A program made the translations under genes and the position numbers. This document shows, piece by piece, positions 1 through 7,400 of a stretch of 64,000 bases of DNA; within the stretch, counting starts at the first letter, position 1, and each line of letters begins with the position of its first letter. The DNA is from Bacteroidales bacterium (GTDB taxonomy: Bacteria; Bacteroidota; Bacteroidia; Bacteroidales; PUMT01). The notes below the pieces were generated by a model. The model was not told the origin of the DNA, searched no databases, and saw only the letters and a list, made by a program, of their open reading frames with translations. Where the stretch lies: contig SLKJ01000012.1 of assembly GCA_007134675.1 (NCBI GenBank), forward strand, positions 6,513 to 70,512. The letters run 5' to 3'.

Positions 1-166
1 GAACTTTTGAGCGTTCAATACAGGCAAAAGACCGAGTATGAGGCATATTGAAATCAGTAAATTTTTCATATGCGGTGGAATTTGTTGTGTTGATTGGTTT
101 GGTATTATTTGGGGCCGAATTGAAACGGTAGTTTCTGAATTTAAGGTGATTGTTAACAGCGGTGAG

Positions 167-184
167 AGGTGATCCGGATCACCT
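167..184. repeat. 18-bp perfect palindrome AGGTGATCCGGATCACCT (hairpin/terminator-like or operator-like)
   Basis: Read directly: bases 167-184 are self-complementary. The site lies ~80 nt beyond the stop of the minus-strand Crp/Fnr gene. There is no flanking T/A run, so its role is uncertain. Confidence 0.3.
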
Positions 185-262
185 TTGGCACTCTGGTTTT
201 GCTATTCAGCTTTTATGGGCTTTTTGGGAAAATTTCTTCTTATCTGCCGGATATGACCCGGG

Positions 263-946
263 TTATCCCAGACGACAGAGGGTATGGATTATATCGGGAC
301 TGATGATCTCAACTTTTTTACCATCCAGTTTGATTATCTTGTCATGCCTGAATTCGGCAAGTGTCCTTATCATACTTTCCTTGGTTGTGCCGGTAAATTC
401 TGCCAGTTCCCTGCGTGAAAGCGGAAGATTGAATTCCTGGCTTCCGTAAATCCTTTCAGAAAAGAATAGTAGCATTTCAGCTACACGGCCGGGTAATTGT
501 TTCTGAAACTGATTCATCAGTTTTGTTGTCGTATTTATGCATTCCTGACCGGTTTGTTTAAGTAAAAGGCCGGCAAATTCACCATTTTCCAGGATTAATT
601 TGCGAAGTGCCGAAATTTCTGTCAGCAAAACCCGGGATTCTTCAACTGCGGAGGCACTGTAGTGGTAGAGTTCTTTGCCAAAAACCGAAATAAGAGAAAT
701 AAAACTGCCTGATGTTGCCAGGTCGGTGATGACAGATCTGCCGTTTCCCGACTCCCTGAAAATCTTGATCAACCCTGACTGGACATACATAATATGAGAT
801 ACTGGTCTGTCCTGCCTGAAAAGCATTTCTCCGGATCCGTATAATACAATATTTGAGACATTTTGAATTAACCGGTTTTGTTCTTCAGTCAGCAGACTGA
901 AAGCTGGGATCTCTGTTACAGGGTTTCCGGTTATTTTGTTTTTCAT
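263..946 (-). CDS. Crp/Fnr-family transcriptional regulator
   Basis: The ORF track gives 263..991 with a TTG start; the ATG at 946 gives 227 aa. It has a cNMP-binding-like barrel (LYGSGEMLFRQDRPVSHIMYVQSGLIKIF) and a C-terminal HTH (SRRELAEFTGTTKESMIRTLAEFRHDKII). Confidence 0.8.
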   Translation of the reverse strand: MKNKITGNPVTEIPAFSLLTEEQNRLIQNVSNIVLYGSGEMLFRQDRPVSHIMYVQSGLIKIFRESGNGRSVITDLATSGSFISLISVFGKELYHYSASAVEESRVLLTEISALRKLILENGEFAGLLLKQTGQECINTTTKLMNQFQKQLPGRVAEMLLFFSERIYGSQEFNLPLSRRELAEFTGTTKESMIRTLAEFRHDKIIKLDGKKVEIISPDIIHTLCRLG

Positions 947-1117
947 GATGCCAGGCTGGTTTTTCAGGGATTGCGCAATATAAGTATACAATTTTTAATA
1001 GTTGTGTTTTTTAATTGAAAAGTTGTTGATAAAATTCCTTGGATATAATTTTGGTTTTACCTTTTGGGACCCGTAAATTATTATATTTACATGTCAGCTA
1101 ATATTGAAGAATATTAA

Positions 1118-1507
1118 ATGGGTAAATCAAGCCGGACTATTTTAATTATTGATGATTCTGAAACAAATCTCGTTTTGCTCGATTTGGTTCTTAAGGCAAG
1201 GGGATGGATCATCCAGACAGCAAATTCAGCAAAACTCGGCATGAAGATGATCAATGTCTCCAAACCTGACCTGATCCTGCTGGATTTGCTGATGCCCGGA
1301 ATTGACGGGCAGGAGATGCTGAACAGACTGAAATCCGACGACAGCTTAAGTCACATACCTGTTATTATAGTATCTGCGGTAACTGACAGCAAGGTCCGCA
1401 AGGACTGTCTTGACAAGGGTGCTGTTTATTATATGCCAAAACCGGTAAATATTCCGGAATTAATTGAGATTATACAGAATACTTTCGATAAATGTGCTGC
1501 TGATTGA
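1118..1507 (+). CDS. Stand-alone response-regulator receiver (CheY-like)
   Basis: 129 aa. REC signatures are the acidic pair in ILIIDDSETN, the phospho-acceptor Asp in LILLDLLMPGIDG, and the conserved Lys in YYMPKP. There is no output domain. Confidence 0.85.
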   Translation: MGKSSRTILIIDDSETNLVLLDLVLKARGWIIQTANSAKLGMKMINVSKPDLILLDLLMPGIDGQEMLNRLKSDDSLSHIPVIIVSAVTDSKVRKDCLDKGAVYYMPKPVNIPELIEIIQNTFDKCAAD

Positions 1508-1618
1508 TAGCTGAAGGAGGAAAGGTTCACCGGATATAACTAATATTTCTGCCCGGAATGCAATTCGAAAACTATTCTTTGTTTACAGCATACTTGTGCC
1601 TCTTCCAAATTTTATCTC

Positions 1619-2398
1619 ATGAGCCTTCAAAACAGACAAACGGAAAAACTTATTACAGAAGCGGAAAAACTTCGCAACAGGATTGCTGAGCTGGAAAACC
1701 AGAAATCAGATCTGCTTGAACTTCTGAAAAAAAAAGAAAGGAAGTCCCGGCCGGGTACAAAGAATGCGGGGAAAGATGATTGCATAGCAACTATTCTGGA
1801 TTTCAGTGATCACGCAAATAAGGGAAAAGAACTGAATGATCAGGAGAAACTCCTCAAAACGGTTATGGATAACCTTCCTGTAGGCATTGCAGTTAACTAT
1901 GTTGACCCCGCTGTTGATTTTTTTTATATGAATGATAGTTTTCCCCGGATATACAGGACAACCAGGGAGGAGCTGTCATCGGCGGACCGCTTCTGGGACG
2001 CAGTTTATGAAGACCCGGTGTATCGCGACAGTATAAAAAAAAGGGTTCTTGATGACGTAGCCAGTGGTGAACCCGGGCGCATGAAATGGGAGAATATCCC
2101 GATTACCCGTAAAGGAAAGGAGACCAGGTACATCAGCGGTTACAATACCCCGGTTCCTGAACGAGGGCTTATGATATCAACTGTTATAGATGTAACTGAA
2201 CGTAAAAAAGCTGAAGAGGAACTGCGTAAATTAAAGGATGGGCTTGAAGTTGTGACTGAAGAACAAACCAGGGAACTGAAAGAAAAAGTGTCTGCGCTGG
2301 AAAGATTCCATAAAGCAACCATCGACCGCGAATTCCGTATTAAAGAACTCAGGGATGAGATTGAAAGATTGAAAGTTGAATCAGGGCAGCGGGAATAA
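1619..2398 (+). CDS. PAS-like domain protein flanked by coiled coils, no output domain
   Basis: 259 aa. Heptad-rich ends (LRNRIAELENQKSDLLELLKK; LKEKVSALERFHKATIDREFRIKELRDEIERLK) flank a PAS-like core (LLKTVMDNLPVGIAVN ... VIDVTERKKAEEEL). The stop lies 15 nt before the next kinase gene. Confidence 0.55.
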   Translation: MSLQNRQTEKLITEAEKLRNRIAELENQKSDLLELLKKKERKSRPGTKNAGKDDCIATILDFSDHANKGKELNDQEKLLKTVMDNLPVGIAVNYVDPAVDFFYMNDSFPRIYRTTREELSSADRFWDAVYEDPVYRDSIKKRVLDDVASGEPGRMKWENIPITRKGKETRYISGYNTPVPERGLMISTVIDVTERKKAEEELRKLKDGLEVVTEEQTRELKEKVSALERFHKATIDREFRIKELRDEIERLKVESGQRE

Positions 2399-2413
2399 GC
2401 ATTTCTTAATTTC

Positions 2414-3955
2414 ATGGCAATGAGAACACTTGCAGGTTTTTTTCTGTTATTTTCTCTCCTTATCTGCCACGGCAGGGATATTTTAGCCTTCGGTACAGCA
2501 GGCAGGTTAGATGCGCTGCACCTTAAGGGGTTTGGACCTCTGACAGGAGATTATTCTTTTCAGGATATACTTAAAATAGCAGGGTCGCTGTTCATTCCAA
2601 TGCTTATTGTAATGTCAGTATTATGGATCATCATCCTTCGCCGTCAGGTCAGAAAGAAGACAACGGGGCTGAATAATGAAATTTCCGAACATAAAAAAAC
2701 CATGGAGTCACTGCGCAAGCAGAAACTGCTGCTTAATGAGATGGAGAAAGTTTCAAAAACCGGCGGTTGGGAATATGATCTTAAAACACAAAAGGTGACG
2801 TGGACAGATGGATTATTCCAGATAACCGGTGTTTCTCCTTCGGATTTTGATACTTCATCGTATAAAAACAGCCTCTCTTTTTTCCATCCGGCCGATCAGG
2901 AAAAGCTGGATAAAGCATTCTTTAATACTGTGGAAAAAGGAGATCCTTATGATTTTGAATTGAGGATCAAAACATATGACGGAACGGACAAATGGATACG
3001 CCTGAGGGGGCTCGCCGAATTCCTTGAAGGGAAATTGACCAGGATCTATGGCGGTGCCAGCGATATTACCGACAGAAAGGAGAGGGAAATGGAACTGAAA
3101 AAATTGAAAGATGAACTTGAAGATCAGGTTACCGAAAGGACAGCTGAGCTGCAGGATAAGATCCGGAGTCTTGACAAGAGCCAGAAAGCCATGCTCTACA
3201 TGGTCGAAGACCTTAATGCTATTACCAGGGAGCTGAAAGAGGAGAGAGAGAAACTTGAGTTTTCAAACAAGGAACTTGAAGCCTTTACCTATTCAGTATC
3301 ACATGATCTGCGCGCACCTTTGCGCGCAATCAATGGTTTTGCCAGGTTCCTGATTGAGGATTACTCAGACACGATAGACGATGAAGGTAAAAGATTCATT
3401 AATACCATACGTTACAATGCAGATAAAATGGACCAGCTCATTTCTGACATGCTTGATCTTTCCCGTGTCTCAAGGACCAATATTGAATTTAACCTGGTTG
3501 AATTGAGCGCCTTAGTCCGGTCAGTGTTCCAGGAAGTGGCATCTGAAGATGAACAGAAATTGTTTCATCTTACAATTGAAGATATGCCCCCGGTAATATG
3601 CGATTCCTCTTTAATCAAGCAGGTATGGCAAAACCTGATAGAGAATGCACTTAAGTACAGTTCAAAATCACAAACCCGAAAGATCATTACAGGTGCAATG
3701 GAAAATGAAAATGAAATAGTGTTTTATATAAAAGATCATGGGGCAGGATTTGATGATCAATACAGGCATAAGCTGTTCGGGGTGTTTCAGCGTCTCCACA
3801 GGGAAAATGAATTTGAGGGTACGGGCGTAGGTCTCGCTGTTGTTAAGCGTATAATCCGCCGGCATGGGGGCAGGGTATGGGCTGAAGGTAAGACCAATGA
3901 GGGTTCAACATTTTACTTTACTCTTCCCCGGAAGGAATTAAAATCAGATTATTAA
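2414..3955 (+). CDS. Membrane-anchored PAS sensor histidine kinase
   Basis: 513 aa. N-terminal signal/TM segments, a PAS region (GGWEYDLKTQKVTWTDGLFQITG), the H-box SHDLRAPLRAI, and HATPase N/G boxes (NLIENALKYS, DHGAGF, GTGVGLAVV). Confidence 0.85.
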   Translation: MAMRTLAGFFLLFSLLICHGRDILAFGTAGRLDALHLKGFGPLTGDYSFQDILKIAGSLFIPMLIVMSVLWIIILRRQVRKKTTGLNNEISEHKKTMESLRKQKLLLNEMEKVSKTGGWEYDLKTQKVTWTDGLFQITGVSPSDFDTSSYKNSLSFFHPADQEKLDKAFFNTVEKGDPYDFELRIKTYDGTDKWIRLRGLAEFLEGKLTRIYGGASDITDRKEREMELKKLKDELEDQVTERTAELQDKIRSLDKSQKAMLYMVEDLNAITRELKEEREKLEFSNKELEAFTYSVSHDLRAPLRAINGFARFLIEDYSDTIDDEGKRFINTIRYNADKMDQLISDMLDLSRVSRTNIEFNLVELSALVRSVFQEVASEDEQKLFHLTIEDMPPVICDSSLIKQVWQNLIENALKYSSKSQTRKIITGAMENENEIVFYIKDHGAGFDDQYRHKLFGVFQRLHRENEFEGTGVGLAVVKRIIRRHGGRVWAEGKTNEGSTFYFTLPRKELKSDY

Positions 3956-3960
3956 TCTCT

Positions 3961-4000
3961 TATTTTGAAAGGCAGGATTATTGGAATTAATTTCAAAATA
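3961..4000. repeat. 10-bp perfect inverted repeat TATTTTGAAA-N20-TTTCAAAATA
   Basis: Read directly. The arms at 3961-3970 and 3991-4000 are exact reverse complements. The site lies between the kinase stop (3955) and the receiver start (4025). Confidence 0.4.
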
Positions 4001-4024
4001 TCAGTCTCTTCATAATTTTTTCGT

Positions 4025-4474
4025 ATGGAAAAAAGAGAGATTATTAATGAGGTTGATATTCTGATTGTTGAAGACAATCAGAATGATGCAGAATTGGCGC
4101 TCAGAGCCTTAAAGCAGAATAATATTGCAAATAAGGTGCTTATTATTAATGATGGCAGGCAAGCACTGGATTTTATTTTTGCCAGGGGTGAATTTGCAAA
4201 GAGAAAAGGTATTGCACACCCCAAAATTATTTTGCTTGACCTGAAGCTCCCCAGGATTGACGGACTGGAGGTGCTGAGGGAGATAAAAAGCAATCCGGAC
4301 ACTAAGATTATTCCGGTTATTGTATTGAGTTCATCCAGAGAGAAAAATGATATTGTTCAGAGTTACCGGCTCTGTGCTAACAGTTATATAGTGAAGCCGG
4401 TTGATTATGAGGAATTTGTTGAAACGATAAGGGATCTGGGTATTTACTGGTTGAAGCTCAACCAGCAGCCCTGA
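4025..4474 (+). CDS. Stand-alone response-regulator receiver
   Basis: 149 aa. REC motifs ILIVEDNQNDAEL, ILLDLKLPRIDG and YIVKP. There is no DNA-binding domain. Confidence 0.85.
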   Translation: MEKREIINEVDILIVEDNQNDAELALRALKQNNIANKVLIINDGRQALDFIFARGEFAKRKGIAHPKIILLDLKLPRIDGLEVLREIKSNPDTKIIPVIVLSSSREKNDIVQSYRLCANSYIVKPVDYEEFVETIRDLGIYWLKLNQQP

Positions 4475-4513
4475 TCTTTTTTCAGTATATTGGCAGTCAT
4501 TAAAAGTGAATAA

Positions 4514-6043
4514 ATGAAACAGGAGATGCAAACCATCAGGATTCTTTTTGTTGAGGATCTTCCTTCTGATGTTGAAATAGCAAAACGGGAAATTGAAAAG
4601 GAGAATATTCAGTTTACCTGTAAGGTTGTTGATACGGAAAACGAGTTCAGGAACGAATTATCCGGGTTTGATCCAGACATAGTGATATCCGATTACTCCA
4701 TGCCTGTATTTGACGGAATGAGCGCTTTGAGAATTGCGAAATCATTTAACCGGAATATACCGTTTATTATCCTTACAGGGTCAATGAATGAAGAGACAGC
4801 GGTAGCTTGCATGAAAGCAGGGGCAAACGATTATGTAATAAAGGAAAAGATAAAACGGCTGCCTTTTGCTGTTATGGAGGCAATTGAAAAAAGCAAGGTC
4901 AGGGTTGAAAAGGAGAGGTTTCAAAAAGAGCTGATCGAAAGTGAGGCAAAGTACCGGTCGTTGATTGAAAAATCCAATGATGCGATTTACCTTATGTATG
5001 ACCGTAAATTTGAGATTGTAAACTCCACCTTTGAGCAGATGTTTGGATACAGCCTGAATGAGGTTAATAAGGAGGGCTTTGATTTTATCAGGCTGGTAGC
5101 TCCTGAAAGCAGGCCTTTAATTGAAAATCGTCTTGAGAAGATTGCCCGGGGTGATGCGGAAGATGGCCTTTATGAATTTACTGCTATTGACAGGAGCGGA
5201 GCAAAAAAAGAGGTTGAAACTTCAGTTGCCTACATTGATTATAAACAGGGGAAGGCAGTGCAGGGTATCATCCGGGATATCTCCGAAAGAAAAAGGTTGA
5301 TTGCCGACCTTATTGAGTCCAAGAAAAAGGCTGAAGAGAGCGACAGGCTTAAAACAGCTTTCCTTGCAAACATAAGCCATGAGGTCAGAACTCCGATGAA
5401 CGGGATCCTTGGTTTTACCGAAGTACTGAAAAATCCGGACCTTTCAGGGAAAGAGAAAAATCATTATATAGATATTATTCAGAAAAGTGGTAACCGTATG
5501 CTTGATACCGTTACTAATCTGGTTAATATGTCCAAGATAGAGACGGGACAGGAACAGATTCACATTACAGAAACGAATATACCCGAACAGCTGAAATTCC
5601 TTTATAACTTCTTTAAGCCGCGGGCCGAGGATAAAGGCTTGAAATTTACCCTCCAAAACACGTTTCCTGAAGAATTTACAGTAATAAATACCGATGCCCA
5701 GAAGCTCGATTCAATCCTTACCAACCTTATCAATAATGCAGTCAAATTTACCGAATCGGGTGAGATTGCTATTGGATGCTATCATAAGGAGAACCGGTTG
5801 ATATTTTACGTTAAAGATACAGGTGTGGGAATTCAGTCAGATAGCCAGAAGACTGTTTTTAGGCGGTTTGTGCAGGCGGATACTTCATTTTCGCGTGATT
5901 ATGAAGGTTCCGGCCTGGGATTGTCAATTGCTAAATCATATGTAGAAATGCTTGGAGGAGAAATCTGGCTGGAGTCAGAAGAGAACAAAGGTTCCAATTT
6001 CTGTTTTTCAATTCCCTGCCGGGAAAAGATGCCACAGACATAA
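4514..6043 (+). CDS. Hybrid REC-PAS-histidine kinase
   Basis: 509 aa. N-terminal REC (ILFVEDLPSD, VISDYSMPVFDG, YVIKEK), PAS (SNDAIYLMYDRKFEIVNSTFEQMFGY), the H-box SHEVRTPMNGILGF, and HATPase motifs (NLINNAVKF, DTGVGI, GSGLGLSI). Confidence 0.85.
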   Translation: MKQEMQTIRILFVEDLPSDVEIAKREIEKENIQFTCKVVDTENEFRNELSGFDPDIVISDYSMPVFDGMSALRIAKSFNRNIPFIILTGSMNEETAVACMKAGANDYVIKEKIKRLPFAVMEAIEKSKVRVEKERFQKELIESEAKYRSLIEKSNDAIYLMYDRKFEIVNSTFEQMFGYSLNEVNKEGFDFIRLVAPESRPLIENRLEKIARGDAEDGLYEFTAIDRSGAKKEVETSVAYIDYKQGKAVQGIIRDISERKRLIADLIESKKKAEESDRLKTAFLANISHEVRTPMNGILGFTEVLKNPDLSGKEKNHYIDIIQKSGNRMLDTVTNLVNMSKIETGQEQIHITETNIPEQLKFLYNFFKPRAEDKGLKFTLQNTFPEEFTVINTDAQKLDSILTNLINNAVKFTESGEIAIGCYHKENRLIFYVKDTGVGIQSDSQKTVFRRFVQADTSFSRDYEGSGLGLSIAKSYVEMLGGEIWLESEENKGSNFCFSIPCREKMPQT

Positions 6044-6127
6044 CCTGTCCGGATATCGGCCAACATAACGAAGCCGGAATCCGTCAACAGTCATATGAGG
6101 CAATCACTTCTTCAGCAATGGGATCCG

Positions 6128-7213
6128 TTATGCATTTAATAATATCTCCACGATCCTTTCGGCGGCTTTGCCGTCCCACAGCTCAGGGATATCGCCCCTC
6201 TTCCATTTTCCTGCGAAAAGCTTCTCCAAGGCGGGCTTAATGGCGCGCGGATCTGTGCCAAGCAGCTCATTGGTCCCTATGGTGATGGTCTCGGGCCTTT
6301 CGGTAGAGTCCCTCAGGGTCATGCAGGGAATACCCATCACAGTAGCTTCCTCGGTTATCCCCCCTGAATCGGTGATAACGGCAAATGATTTTTCCACCAG
6401 GTAGTTGAATTCAAGGTATCCCAGCGGCTCAACCATCAGTAAACGGTCGTTCCTGATCCCTGATTTTTTGATGTTTACGGCTGTTCTCGGGTGCACTGGG
6501 AATACCACCGGCAGGTCGCGCGAGTGAGCGAGTATCTGACTGATCATTTCGGTCAGCTTGCTTTGTTCATCAACATTTGCCGGTCGGTGAAGGGTCAGGA
6601 CAATGAATCCGGACGGTTCAAGACCGTGTTCGTCCCACAGGGAGGGCCTTGCAAAGCGTGGACGGTGTTTGAGCAGGGTGTCGATCATGGTGTTTCCGAC
6701 AAAATAGATCCTTTCATCGCTTACGCCGGCCCTTCGGAGATTTTCATTGGCCACTTCACTTGTGGTGAAAAAGTAATCGGTTATGCTGTCCGTTACGATC
6801 CTGTTTATCTCTTCGGGCATAAGCCAGTCGCCCGACCTGATGCCTCCTTCCACATGGGCCACCCTGACATGCATCTTTTTGGCAACAACAGAGCAGGCCA
6901 TTGTTGAGGTGACATCGCCAACAACCATGCAGAGGTCGGGTTTTCCCTGCATCAGGTATTTTTCATAGCCAAGCATGATTGCAGAGGTCTGCTCTGCCTG
7001 GGTTCCTCCCCCGGCGCCCAGGTTAATGTCGGGTTCAGGGATTCCAAGCTGTTTGAAAAAGTTGTGGCTCATATTGGCATCGTAATGCTGCCCTGTATGG
7101 ACAAGCCGGTAGCTGATATTGCCGCCATCTGACCGTGCCTTGACTATGGCATCAATAATTGGCGATATCTTCATGAAGTTGGGCCGTGCTCCGGCTATAA
7201 GGTCAATCTGCAT
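6128..7213 (-). CDS. wecB: UDP-N-acetylglucosamine 2-epimerase (non-hydrolysing)
   Basis: 361 aa. Epimerase_2 hallmarks are GARPNFMK, HTGQHYD, and VITDSGGITEEATVMGIPCMTLRDSTERPETI. Confidence 0.85.
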   Translation of the reverse strand: MQIDLIAGARPNFMKISPIIDAIVKARSDGGNISYRLVHTGQHYDANMSHNFFKQLGIPEPDINLGAGGGTQAEQTSAIMLGYEKYLMQGKPDLCMVVGDVTSTMACSVVAKKMHVRVAHVEGGIRSGDWLMPEEINRIVTDSITDYFFTTSEVANENLRRAGVSDERIYFVGNTMIDTLLKHRPRFARPSLWDEHGLEPSGFIVLTLHRPANVDEQSKLTEMISQILAHSRDLPVVFPVHPRTAVNIKKSGIRNDRLLMVEPLGYLEFNYLVEKSFAVITDSGGITEEATVMGIPCMTLRDSTERPETITIGTNELLGTDPRAIKPALEKLFAGKWKRGDIPELWDGKAAERIVEILLNA

Positions 7214-7329
7214 TTACTGGTTTTTCGGTATTTCTATTACGGATCAATATTCTTTTTGTTTCATAAGACTCTGTTCACCCGGCATTGCCATTCCTCTGTA
7301 CTGGCTGACCCGCAGGCTCCGCTATCCCA

Positions 7330-7400
7330 CCAGCTTCCAGATTCCTCCATCCCGGCCATCCCGCCAGCTCCGATATTCCTCCATCCCGGCTATTCCTCCA
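7330..7400. repeat. Imperfect ~34-bp-period direct repeat (CCAGCT..ATTCCTCCATCCCGGC x2 plus a partial third copy)
   Basis: Read directly. ATTCCTCCA occurs at 7341, 7375 and 7392, and ATTCCTCCATCCCGGC at 7341 and 7375. The repeat spans the stop codon (TAG, 7390-7392) of the S9 peptidase gene and the region upstream of wecB. Confidence 0.6.

Noticed and set aside
186-203. Sigma-54-type promoter look-alike TGGCACtctggttTTGCt (the window encodes rpoN)
   Set aside because: The GG-to-GC spacing is 13 nt rather than the canonical 11 (TGGCAC-N5-TTGC). There is also no plus-strand gene downstream, since the next gene is on the minus strand.
150-449. 99-aa plus-strand ORF at the window start
   Set aside because: It lies largely antisense to the well-supported Crp/Fnr gene, has a low-complexity hydrophobic translation, and carries no recognisable motif.
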